NCBI GenBank assembly: GCA_950097015.1
Contig: CATNEN010000009.1
Coordinates: 1,364,001 to 1,428,000 of the forward strand
DNA from: Macrostomum hystrix
Lineage: Eukaryota > Animalia > Platyhelminthes
Direction: 5' to 3'
Length of the DNA: 64,000 nucleotides
Below, in pieces: positions 11,187 through 22,199 of this stretch (positions within the stretch are counted from its first letter, which is position 1; the number at the start of each line of letters is the position of its first letter). Below the pieces are notes generated by a model, which made no database searches, was not told the origin of the DNA, and saw nothing but the letters and a program-made list of their open reading frames with translations. The translations under genes and the position numbers were made by a program.

Positions 11187-13608
11187 ACTGTTATTAAAAC
11201 CGCAGTTCAGAAGCGTCGACGTGTCCGATCGACTCTACGCAAGCGGACGCGTGTAGTTGTCGACTTGGATGCTTCGTCTAGCACTACATCGTCGTCTGAT
11301 GCTGAAGACACTGGCGTTGGATCTTTGGTAGCCATGCGACAGCCTCTGGTTATTGCCGCACAATCAATTGGTGGCGCCGGCGACCATGCTAATCGCATAG
11401 AGTCCACGCCTAAAGTGCTATCATCTGAAGATGACTCAGCGGACGACTTGCTAGCAGACGACGTACAGCTGGAGATTGTGGACGAGTGGACGAGCAATAC
11501 AGACAATGTAGAGTCGAATACTGCCCCTGTTTTGACGGCTTCTAATAGTTCAGCCTTGTCATCGCAGCTAGTCGATGATAAGTACAAAACAGAGGTGGCA
11601 GAATTATTGCGCGTAAATGGCGAGTCGACTATTCCTAAAAATAGTGCCGCACTTGGTGCCTGTCCGACTTCGCCAGATTATGCGCCTCGCTCTACACCGG
11701 CAATGTCTGTCATCGAGAATGGGACAACATCCGATGCTGATGAACCAGTTCGCGCTGTATTCTCTCCAGCGTATGTCGACGCTTCTCAACCAAAAGCGCA
11801 ACAGTCGGGACGACTGCAGCAATCGCAGCAGCAGCAGCAGCAGCAGCAGCATCAACAGCGAGAGCAACAACCGCAGCAACAGCCGCAGCAGCAGCAGTGG
11901 CGGCAGCAGCTGCTGCAGCAGATACAAGGGCGTGAACGGCAGCAGCAAGATGATGGCGTGGCATTTGCTCCGATAGCCGATGAATATGCGTTGTGTCGTT
12001 CGACATCACCACTTCTACGGCTATGTCCTCGAGCTCCAATTACCGACTACGCCTCTTTAACAGCAGAGGGCAGGTCGGTTCTTATGACTAGAAGGACGCT
12101 ACATCATATAGAGATTGCATTCATCTCGAGCGATGTGGAAAAATTCAAGGCGTTTCTAGAAGATGAATTGGTAGCTCCATGTGCACAGTTTGCCATCGGC
12201 GCAACATCATGTATTCAGGTTGACATGCTGACCAGCGAAGAAATCCGAGCGCGTCGTCAGCAGAAATACAACATGTCAATCCGTGAATGTTTAGGAGCTC
12301 CGAATCATCCCAATGGTTTGCTGATGTTCCTGAACCTGCGCCAACCAGAAGATGGTTACACTGTTTACTGCGGACTGCATGCCCTTTTGATGGAATCTGC
12401 GGAAGCTTCGGCCTACCTGCATCCTACAATGTGTAGAATGACAGTGTCTGGTGTACGCAGTGCGTCAAGTGCAATTAAGCTAGTTACCAGTACGGACGAG
12501 TTTCCAGCTCTTTTCCGCGTTTCTACTCAAGAGTGCAGCTTGCTGACCAAGGCCTTTTGCTGGGTTGCTGCTCATGAGACGTCATCTACTGAGCCTTTGC
12601 TAGATAGTGGCTTCATGTTCGAACACTTTCGTGTCAGACAAGAGCTCAGCGATTACTTTAAGGTGACTCAGATGAAACGCGTAATAGCAACAGAGGTGCT
12701 AGCTGGTTGCCAAAACTGTCGCCCTACTGCCGCTGCCGCCGCCGCCGCTGCTGATGATGCTGATGATGCTGCAAAAGCCGACTATGCGAGGACGACCTTG
12801 CCTACTCAGCTGGAGGTATGCAAAATATTATAATACATGACATTCTTTAGCACACGTACGAGTATTGATCATTGAATTTTTGCTGTTGTTTTAATTCAAA
12901 TAATTATTACTTTTGGACAATTAATTAATTAATTGTATGCGAACCTACCTAACAACACAACAGGTCTCTGCTGCTGCTGCTGATGTTGCTGCTTCCGCTG
13001 CTACTGCTGTTCAAGTACTTGATGCCGCTGTCGCTCATGTTCCCCGGCTGATCGCCGCCGCCACCAACGTGTGCCCAACTGTAAAGGCTGTGTGCAGCGC
13101 GTTGCAATTGCCAACTGGTGTCGTCTATCTATACGGCCCGTCTGGCGTTGGGAAGACACACTCTGTGCAAAGCCATCTCGGTTCTACGAAAGTGCTGAAT
13201 ATCCAGGTGCAGAAGCGGTCTAACACGTTTATGTTTGACAAGCTCTGCGAGACTATACACACTGCCATGTTTATTGACGAGCTACGCCCGCAACTGTTTG
13301 ATGACACATCTGAAGTCATGTGCACACTACTTCGTTTGGTCAATGGAGACACTTTTGAAGTCAATGCTAAATACAAGGCTATTCGACACGTCTCTTGGCT
13401 CAATCGACTGTTAGTGCTTGCTGGGCATGCTCCGGTCAGTGCGTATTCGATGGACTTTCAGCGCCGATTAGAACCGACACCTGATGGGCACAAGCGTCCG
13501 GTAGTTGCCATCTTCATTGGTCATTCCCTCAGTACCGACTACCAATGCGATGGACAATGCCACCCAATACGCAATGTGTTTGGCGATCACCCGGACCGGC
13601 GAGTATGA
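10875..13608 (+). CDS. Two-exon 861-aa protein with Q-rich N-terminus and C-terminal superfamily-3 (NS1/Rep-like) helicase
   Basis: Exons 10875-12815 and 12964-13608, joined by a phase-0 GTATGC...CAACAG intron that keeps the frame. Walker A YLYGPSGVGKT, Walker B AMFIDE, B' LLRLVNGDTFEVNAKYK, motif C LVLAGH (N->H), Arg-finger DFQRRL. Confidence 0.8.
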
Positions 13609-13894
13609 GCGACAAGACGGTGCTGTTAGCAGGTTTTTTTTACACCAAACTGCCTGCATGCTGCTATTTTATCGACTATATTTTTACTCGGTCCTTCAGT
13701 CAGTCTTTCAGCTGTTTTTTTATATTTTTTACTGTTTCATACTGTTTTTGTATGCAATTTTATAATTAGTCATACAAATAAAATGAATTTATATGCTCAG
13801 TTTTGAGCTTTTATTGTTGTGAAGTAGGTAATTGCTACTTCTGTTGCAAAAAATCATATTTCTTGCTAATTGTAGTCAATTGACTGATTGAATT

Positions 13895-14520
13895 TGGTAT
13901 TTTCGCGAAAATACTGCTATCCTATTAAACGCAGGTAGTAAAGGTAGTTTGCGGTATTTTTGCAAAAGTTATTAAAGTAGTGTGCATGGCTACATCTTAA
14001 GGTATTTTCGCGAAAAGACTGCTATGCTATTAAACAAAGGTAGTTAGCGGTATTTTTGCAAAAGTTATTAAAGTAGGTTATATGCGTGGCTATATGTTAA
14101 GGTATTTTCGCGAAAATACTGCTATGGTATTAAACAAAGGTAGTTGGCGGTATTTTTGCAAAAGTTCTTAAAGTAGGTTATATGCGTGGCTATATCTTAT
14201 GGTATTTTCGCGAAAATACTGCTATGCTATTAAACAAAGGTAGTTGGCTGTATTTTTTGCAAAAGTTCTTGAAGTTGTATGCGTGGCTATATCTTAAGGT
14301 ATTTTCGCGAAAATACTGCTATGCTATTAAACGCAGGTAGTAAAGGTAGTTTGCGGTATTTTTGCAAAAGTTATTAAAGTAGTGTGCATGGCTACATCTT
14401 AAGGTATTTTCGCGAAAATACTGCTATGCTATTAAACAAAGGTAGTTGGCGGTATTTTTGCAAAAGTTATTAAAGTAGGTTATATGCGTGGCTATATCTT
14501 AAGGTATTTTCGCGAAAATA
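13895..14520 (+). repeat. Array of 7 palindrome-centred units (97-105 bp)
   Basis: GGTATTTTCGCGAAAA(T/G)ACT cores at 13904, 14009, 14109, 14209, 14306, 14411, 14511, each alternating with GTATTTTTGCAAAAGT. Confidence 0.9.
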
Positions 14521-15007
14521 CATGCATATTATTAGACTAAGTATCTTGTACATTTTTAACCATAGACACATTTAGTATTTCTGCAAATTGCCAAGAGTCA
14601 TGAGTGCATTTTTTTCGCGAAAAGACTATATACTATCTATATATTGTATTGAATACCTGTGAATGAAAAATAATGACAGTTTTTTTGCAAAAATACTAAC
14701 GATACGATGATGAACATATTTTTGCGAAAGAACATGTTCTAAAACAAATACAAACTGCTGTATTTATGCGAAATTGCTTTGAGTATTAAAATAATATGAA
14801 CGTTTACAAACAAAAAAATACAAACAATAATGCTTACGTTTGTGCTTATGATTGTTGGTGATGGTATTTTCACGAAAATATTAGTGTATTTTCAATCACT
14901 AACAAAACAACACCAATATGTATATCAAATCGTTATGATAATCAGAGGCTTTATTTATAAAATAACTGTAATGAATCATAGTTTCTGCATTATTTCATAA
15001 TATAATT

Positions 15008-15661
15008 TCAAACGTATGCCTCCGCCTCTTCAGCTGCGGCATACAATAGGCAGTCGTCAGCTGGGTCAAATAAACAGCTACTGGCTGTCATCGCTGCCGC
15101 TGCTGCTGACGCCTCCGCCTCTTCAGCTGCGGCATACAAAAGCTCGTCATCAGCTGGGTCAAATAAACAGCTACTGGCTGTCATCGCTGCCGCTGCTGCT
15201 GACGCCTCCGCCTCTTCAGCTGCGGCATACAAAAGCTCGTCATCAGCTGGGTCAAATAAGCAGCTACTGGCTGCCATCGCTGCCGCTGCTGCTGACGCCT
15301 CCGCCTCTTCAGCTGCTGCATACAAAAGCTCGTCATCAGCTGGGTCAAACAAGCAGCTACTGGCTGCCATCGCTGCCGCTGCTGCTAACGCCTCCGCCTC
15401 TTCAGCTGCTGCATACAAAAGCTCGTCATCAGCTGGGTCAAAGCAATTGGCTGCCATCGCCGCTTCGACCTCTTCAGCTACGGCGTATAACAAATGGTCG
15501 TCTGCCAGGCCGAATACAAAACTGTATGTTGAATTGTATGTTTCATCATACCCGTAGTCATCATAGCCTGGCTCTTCATTCAGCTCAACGTCATCGTCGT
15601 GACAGTTGGATTTTTCCGCATCGTTTAGAGTTGGCCCTGATGATGATGTTGATGTAGGCAT
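15008..15661 (-). CDS. Acidic repeat protein, 217 aa (31-aa FDPADDELLYAAAEEAEA repeats), copy 1
   Basis: ATG start, 93-bp in-frame repeats (5 plus 1 degenerate); frame conserved in paralogue 48558-49079. Confidence 0.7.
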   Translation of the reverse strand: MPTSTSSSGPTLNDAEKSNCHDDDVELNEEPGYDDYGYDETYNSTYSFVFGLADDHLLYAVAEEVEAAMAANCFDPADDELLYAAAEEAEALAAAAAMAASSCLFDPADDELLYAAAEEAEASAAAAAMAASSCLFDPADDELLYAAAEEAEASAAAAAMTASSCLFDPADDELLYAAAEEAEASAAAAAMTASSCLFDPADDCLLYAAAEEAEAYV

Positions 15662-15896
15662 GGCGAGACAATGGGGGCAGTATTTAAAATGCTTAACTTG
15701 TTTAATTTACTTAATTAATTGTCCAAAGTTTCAACTGCATTGATTACATATTCCCAATCACATAAGATTATCAGCAAGCTTGTTACCATAGACTAGCAAT
15801 AGGGTTTTTAGTTGGTTACTTTACTAAGGTAAGTGGCGTAACTTATTTACACATTTTAGATTCTTAATTATTGTTTCAAATAAAAAAAACTACAAC

Positions 15897-16355
15897 ATGT
15901 CATCCCTGGGTGGGCGGCACAATGGCGGAGATCGAGATCGAGATATCGACAGAGAGGAACACAACTCTGGCAACGACAAACCGATCTCGTGCCCTACCGT
16001 CAGTAGCAGCACGGATGTCGTGATTGGCACTGAGCGGCGTCGACGAAGGCACAGTTCGGATAGTAGTTCAGACTCCGATTTTGCTATTCTGCCTTCACGT
16101 CAACGTGTTCAGTACGTATTGCATCGTCCAGGTGTCGTGCGCATTTACAATCAGAGATTTGGAATTGTGAACGCCAATCCGACACGTGATTTAGCCGGCC
16201 AATTGCAACTGCCGCAGCATGCGCAAGTGACCGATATACAGTCACCAGTTATAAGCAGCAGCAGCAGCAACAGTAACAATGGCGGCACTGGCACTGAAAG
16301 AGAGCGCGGCGATGCCAATCGTGCTGCTAATAACCCAGATTTGAATGACATGTAG
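15897..16355 (+). CDS. Hypothetical protein, 152 aa, copy 1 (divergent from the acidic repeat gene)
   Basis: ATG in CTACAACATG context; paralogue 49314-49760 differs by frame-preserving indels and substitutions. Confidence 0.6.
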   Translation: MSSLGGRHNGGDRDRDIDREEHNSGNDKPISCPTVSSSTDVVIGTERRRRRHSSDSSSDSDFAILPSRQRVQYVLHRPGVVRIYNQRFGIVNANPTRDLAGQLQLPQHAQVTDIQSPVISSSSSNSNNGGTGTERERGDANRAANNPDLNDM

Positions 16356-16865
16356 CAATTCTTTTGTTATGCACTGTTGCCATTACTTATAATGAAATTA
16401 ATTAACTGATTAATGTAATTAAAAGTTGGTATTTGATTAACACATCTAAGTATTCAAAGTCGACAGTTCATGATGCCTGCAAATGTTTTAAACTACTTTT
16501 ACATACACTAGCTCTCGTTCACCTTCACGTGGTATATTCAAAGCATAAGAGTTTGCCGTCACTATTGACAATATATTGTCGCGTTTACCATTAATCATAA
16601 TCAGATGACTGATGAGATCAGTCAGTAATAAAATATTAATACGCGAACACAGATGTGTGCAGGTAGTCAACCGGTAATTATTAATACGGTTTTTATTAAA
16701 TTTCACCAATACATATAGAGTATAAATATATATAGAATTTCATTGGTTGAACAAATAATCGTGCCATTCTACAATTAGTCTGATTTGCAAAGTCGCGAGA
16801 GCAAAAATAAACGTGTAAACTATAATACATAAAATTCTGCATATAAATTCTGTATTTTACAGCAT

Positions 16866-17246
16866 TCATTGTTCGATGTACCAGTAGCGAACTCCATGTA
16901 TGATGAGCTGGAGTTCAGCTTGGGCTTCCTCTAAAAGCTCTAGCACTTCGATGATGTCTTGTGCTTCATCGTCTCTTACACCAGTCACGGACAAGACAGC
17001 CTGATAGTCTTCTGCTGACCGGTGCTGTTGCAGCCATTGTTGAGTGCGCCGTAATAATAAACATAACTCATTAGCGCTATACTCAGCATTTGGAACACCG
17101 CGTTGCAAACTAGGTAGCTGCTCGAAGCACCCTCGATGCGCTATGAACCGGCCAATGCAATCTATGCGACAGCTGAGAAAGAGTTGAAATATGTGCGGGT
17201 GAAGATACATTTGCACTAACTGCATCTGATGGGCAATGAACGACAT
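16866..17246 (-). CDS. Small helical hypothetical protein, 126 aa (family shared with 34274-34693)
   Basis: Aligns without gaps over ~100 aa with 34274..34693 (e.g. RGCFEQLPSLQR/RGRLEQLTCLQR, QWLQQH/DWLLQH, ELQLIIHGVRYW/ELQHILHGLDYW; both end IEQ). Confidence 0.7.
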   Translation of the reverse strand: MSFIAHQMQLVQMYLHPHIFQLFLSCRIDCIGRFIAHRGCFEQLPSLQRGVPNAEYSANELCLLLRRTQQWLQQHRSAEDYQAVLSVTGVRDDEAQDIIEVLELLEEAQAELQLIIHGVRYWYIEQ

Positions 17247-17495
17247 GTTCAGTCAGTTAGTAAATCAAGCCAGCATAAAGCTAAAAAAATAATTAATTTA
17301 AAAATATTTTTAACTTTAATTAAAGTCCCCATAGAGTATACTTTAGCGAACACAGGTGAGTCAGTCCACAGACAAATCAAATGAATACAGGCCAGTCTGG
17401 GTATTAAGAACAAGAGATATTTTATCGGCCAAGAAATCAGCCCACAACCAAAGCCGCAACAGCAGCAACAGTAGAAATCCTTTCAACAATTAACA

Positions 17496-17858
17496 ATGGC
17501 GAATTTCCCTATGTTCCCGGCGCCGTTTCGGGCGTTCGTCCTGGCTTCCGCTGCCGAAGAACTGGAGAAGGCGTTAAAGGCGGCAACTGAGGCGGCAACT
17601 GAGGTGGCGGCAGTGGAGGCCTGGACGCCGGAACGGCGCCGGGTGGAGCAGAATCTCACCGCAGCTATGCGGCGGGTCAAAGCGGCCATGCTTCGCATGG
17701 CCAGGGCCCGCCGCATAGCTGCGGGGCTGGATCCTTATGTGAGTAGTAACTTTTTACTTTTATTTTCATTTGAATCTTTATTGACATATCTGAACCCGAG
17801 CTAACAACTAAATGAAACCTAAAACCCATCTTTCATCCCGCAGCCGGGTGTGCTATGA
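17496..17858 (+). CDS. Two-exon 85-aa alanine-rich helical protein ending in a 5-codon micro-exon (PGVL*)
   Basis: Exons 17496-17738 and 17844-17858 (TAT|GTGAGT...CCCGCAG|CCG). The same splice sites and the same PGVL* peptide, with synonymous changes, occur in the paralogue at 50255-50641. Confidence 0.65.
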
Positions 17859-18592
17859 GCAATGGTAGCAATGGTACCCTAGTCCATGCTAACGTTAGGA
17901 CTAACGTTTGCTTCTCGTTATTTATAAGATTTTTATGTAACGTTAATGCGGTAACTAAAAATTAACAATAATTCCAAACTGTAAAATCAATTTTTAGTCT
18001 AATAACTTAATAGATAATAATTTAGTTATTATTTTAATTTGGAGATTTAGGCAGAAATAAAAAAAGTTGCAAAAGAAATATGAATTTTCTTATAATACAA
18101 AAATCAAGATGGCCGTCAATGAAATTTTAAATTAAATCCTTATTGAACTAGCGGAATATTCTATTATATTCTATAATCTAGATATTCAGCTACAAAAACT
18201 AAAAATATAGACAGATAGTTTAAGAAAAATGTTTATGTTATCGTTATTTGTAAATGTAAATGTTATTTTATAACATAATTTTATAAAATGTTATTTTTGT
18301 TTTAGGCAATGAAATAAAATCTGTTGAAATAATTATTTTGTCTAAATAACTGTTTGCCCTATTGTAGCCAGTGTCTATATAGTATGTTAATATCTATTAT
18401 GTTAGTATTATTTTCTATCTATTATTTATATCTAAAGCAACTTTTTATATGTAGCTTATTCATATTACTAAATAAATTTAACTTAGGCCTAACAGTTGGC
18501 ACCTTAGTACAATCATCATAATATTTTTTCAATGTGATAGACATTGTAAGATTGATTTAAAACAATTGACTAATTTTGAATTCCAGATGTAA

Positions 18593-20650
18593 ATGAACCA
18601 AAGGCAACTAAAGCGAAGTATTAATGAAATTGAAGCTAAAATAAAAGACCAAGAGAAACATATAGAAAATTCATTGTCTCAACAAATTTACTATTTATAC
18701 CCACTTCAAGATGAATCATCTAGTGGCATTTGTTTGTCAGATATTGATATTGACATTGACAAGATTTTGAGCAACTTTGTCTTAGAAGAGTTTTCTAATA
18801 ATGGTCTTCACCTTATTGAGGTGGAAGATACTTCTGATGTTGACCATTTTGAACATGAAGACACATTGCTACAACATTTTGTAGACATTACAAAAGAATT
18901 TTTATCAGACTTATCAGAAAGGTCAGAGTCTTATGACAAAGTCCAAAGTAGCTTCAAAGATGACTTGGCTGCATGGGTTGTTGAAGCCAAAGTGAGTCAA
19001 GTACATATTACGTCTTTACTGCATCTACATGCTAAACATTTTCCAAATTTGGATCTTCCATTGACAGCATCAACATTGTTGGCTCATAGCACTAATGCAA
19101 AGTCATATTACTGTTCTAAAGATATCTATTATGTTGGTGTACAGTCTGCAATTGAATCTATAATAGATAATTCTTTATCAAGCATACATACCAAATCTAA
19201 TCAGTTGACTCTATTCCTAAATATTGATGGAATCAGTTTTTTCAAAAGTTCTGGCTACCAGTGCTGGCCTATTCTTGGTTTTGTTCCTGAATTACAATCT
19301 GAACCTTTTGTCATCCAGTTCTATTATTCAAGAGATAAGCCAAATCCCAAACAACTGTGTTCTGAACTGATTAAAGAATTGAATCATCTAATTTCAAGTG
19401 GATTTGATTATTGTGGTCATCATTATGCAATTTTAACAAAGGCAATAATTTGTGATGCACCAGCTAGGTGCTTATTGAAGTGCACTAAGTATCCAACTGG
19501 TTATCATAGTTGTGACAAATGTAAAGTAGAAGGTACTCGATGTGAGGAAAGAAGTTGCATTGTCTTTGATGAAGTTAATGCTGATCTACGAACTGATCTT
19601 GAATTTCGACTGCAAATTGATGAGGATCACCATAATGAAGCCAATGGATTATCACCATTTCTTGAATTAAATTCAATTGACATGGTTGCATCATTTCCAC
19701 TTGATGTTCTTCATGTGGCATATCTTGGTGTTATGAGAAGGATGATGTATTTCTGGATAAAAGAGGGCCCATACAAGGTCCGAATGCCAAGTCAGGCTAT
19801 TAAGACTTTATCTGCCAATTTAGTTTCATTAAAATCACATGTCCCATCAGAATTTTGCCGAAAGCCACGAGGGCTTAATGAGCTTTGCTATTGGAAAGGA
19901 GCTGAATTCCGATCATTTATTCTCTATTATGGAATCATTGTTTTAAATGATGCTAGTATTCCAAAGGACATTTATCCTCATTTTCTATACTTTCACATTG
20001 CAATGCATCTTCTTTGTGGTAAATCTGCAATGCTAAGTGTAAATGTTGTTGCTGCAACCAATCTGCTAAAAGAATTTGTTACAAAGTCATCTGGATTGTA
20101 TGGACGTGGATTTGTCTCAAACATAGTTCATTCTCTGATTCATTTGCCAAATGACTGTGAAAAATTTGGTGCAGTAGATGCATTTTCTGCTTTTCGATTT
20201 GAAAGTTTTTTGCAGATTCTAAAGAACAGACTATGCAGTGGTAATCAAGTGATTGCTCAACTGAGAAATCGGACTGGTGAATATTTGATGACAAAAAGGT
20301 CCAGGGCTGAGCTTGCCGTACCATCTCACAAGAGTACAATAAGAGTTAACAGCAGAGATTGTTTTATTATCACAAGGACTCTTCAAGTCTGTCTTGTTAC
20401 TGAAGTTTTGCCTGCTAAGTTCAAGGTGATGGAATTTACACAGAAAGAAGATTTTTATTCCTATCCAATAAAAAGTTCAGCTGTAGGAATATTTTTTGTC
20501 AAAGATGGCTGTTTTGGAGCACCATTCGATGTCACTGATGATTGCATATTGGACAAGGCTTGCGGTTTTCCTGTAAAGAAAGGATATGTTATCATTCCTC
20601 TTCGCCTTGACTTTCCAGATTCACATGGAGAAAAATTGGCTTGTTGTTAG
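18593..20650 (+). CDS. EnSpm-like DDE transposase, 685 aa
   Basis: LNIDGISFFKSS..CWPILG, ICDAPARCLLKC..TGYHSCDKC, FPLDVLHVAYLGVMRR, WKGAEFRSFILY, HSLIHL, SAFRFESFL: the conserved blocks of animal EnSpm-type transposases. Confidence 0.9.
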   Translation: MNQRQLKRSINEIEAKIKDQEKHIENSLSQQIYYLYPLQDESSSGICLSDIDIDIDKILSNFVLEEFSNNGLHLIEVEDTSDVDHFEHEDTLLQHFVDITKEFLSDLSERSESYDKVQSSFKDDLAAWVVEAKVSQVHITSLLHLHAKHFPNLDLPLTASTLLAHSTNAKSYYCSKDIYYVGVQSAIESIIDNSLSSIHTKSNQLTLFLNIDGISFFKSSGYQCWPILGFVPELQSEPFVIQFYYSRDKPNPKQLCSELIKELNHLISSGFDYCGHHYAILTKAIICDAPARCLLKCTKYPTGYHSCDKCKVEGTRCEERSCIVFDEVNADLRTDLEFRLQIDEDHHNEANGLSPFLELNSIDMVASFPLDVLHVAYLGVMRRMMYFWIKEGPYKVRMPSQAIKTLSANLVSLKSHVPSEFCRKPRGLNELCYWKGAEFRSFILYYGIIVLNDASIPKDIYPHFLYFHIAMHLLCGKSAMLSVNVVAATNLLKEFVTKSSGLYGRGFVSNIVHSLIHLPNDCEKFGAVDAFSAFRFESFLQILKNRLCSGNQVIAQLRNRTGEYLMTKRSRAELAVPSHKSTIRVNSRDCFIITRTLQVCLVTEVLPAKFKVMEFTQKEDFYSYPIKSSAVGIFFVKDGCFGAPFDVTDDCILDKACGFPVKKGYVIIPLRLDFPDSHGEKLACC

Positions 20651-22199
20651 CTTTGCTGAAGGAACCATTGCTGTAATTCCTAGCACCTGGCTTGATTCCA
20701 ATTCTAACACAGTTTACTTCCCACCTGCCAGTGATGACCATCGGAAAATGTATTCTAAGAGCCCAATGGCTAACTGGGACGAATATCATGAATTCAAAAT
20801 CGTATTTCGAAGTAGTAAGTGTAACTTTGCTTTTATTTTCAAGAAACAATTTTTTAGCTATCGTTTAAAGTGTTTAAACAATTCGTTTAACTTCAGATGA
20901 ATATGCGACTGCTGTCGATAAGGAAAAGAAGTACCAATTTTCAAGTCTCTCTTGCAGCGACTCAGATCATGAATTGGCTAGGAAAAGAAGACGTCCTGAA
21001 GGTATGTTTTCAGGTGGATATACTATAATGCATTTTTCCTAATGTATTGACTTGAAATTATTTTCCCGTGCTTATCAAATGCAGAATCCAGGTTAATCGA
21101 CAAACATCCTGCGAATAAAAGAAGCAGTGACACGAGCATCTCAAGATATGAACAGACTAGTGATGACGATGATCCAGTGCCGCCACCTCTTTATGTAAGA
21201 GTAATGACCGCTTACAATCAGAGTCTGCCACTGGGATCTGCAGCTGCCACTTTCATGGACGCGACTACGACACCCAAGTCGGCTGCTGCGGTGACGCCTA
21301 GCAACGTTGCGACAACCGTGGCTGCTGCGGGGGTGACGCCTAGCAACGTTGCGACAACCGTGGCTGCTGCGGGGTTGACGCCTAGCAACGTTGCGACAAC
21401 CGTGGCTGCTGCGGGGTTGACGCCTAGCAACGTTGCGACAACCGTGGCTGCTGCGGGGTTGACGCCTAGCAACGTTGCGACAACCGTGGCTGCTGCGGGG
21501 GTGACGCCTAGCAACGTTGCAACAACCGTGGCTACTGCTTCAACTCAACCGAAGCTCTTAGACTCTCTAGACGTGACATTAACGCCAAGAGGTGCAAGCG
21601 CCAGAAATTCCGCAGCCAGGAATGCTGATTTCGGCATCAGCAATGAGGCCTTTGAATCTATTGCCACTGAGCTATTGGCAGAACGTGGAGCAAACAGAGA
21701 CGCAACAACTGGTCCTAGTCACCTCCGTCTTCTTTGTGCGACGTTTGTCTTGGTTAGAGAAAACAATCAAATGCTTCGCAATCTCATTTCAAAACAGCAG
21801 ATAAGTTCTGCAAACGTGCTTCAGCAACTTCCTTGCCATTTACCAATTGGAACAATTGGTGATCTAAAATTGTTCGAAGAGCACCTAAATGAAAATGAAA
21901 ATGTCGTTCTGAATTCAATCGGTCGGATCGGTGGTTCAGATGTGCGATCTGCCACGTACATGGCATGTAAGACAACCATTTCAGTCAATGTGGCAAAGGT
22001 TCTGAATTGGGCTGGGACAAATCGGGCTTCGGAAAAAGCTTCACTAAGAGATGAATTTCCAAAAACCTTTGACTACATTCTCAAACTGACTCGTTTAAGT
22101 CAACCTGATGCGAGTCGAGAAGCTGTTATCGATGCAGTTCAGCGTTGGTTGAAAAAAGCCCCGTTCGCAAAAAAAGACAGTGCTAATGCCGCAGAGTAG
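20625..22199 (+). CDS. Second gene of the EnSpm-like element, 3 exons, 469 aa, probable DUF4806-type C-terminus
   Basis: Exons 20625-20814, 20897-21001, 21085-22199 join in frame via GT-AG sites. N-terminal WLVVSF..IAVIPSTW; six 39-bp repeats (AGVTPSNVATTVA); helical C-terminus (ISVNVAKVLNWAG...VQRWLKKA). Confidence 0.75.

Noticed and set aside
11207-12039. Minus-strand and alternative-frame ORFs in the Q-rich gene
   Set aside because: Shadows of CAG-rich coding sequence.
10875-13608. Helitron RepHel or a complete endogenous parvovirus/CRESS genome
   Set aside because: The helicase is SF3, not PIF1; the HUH motif is unconvincing; no capsid ORF follows.
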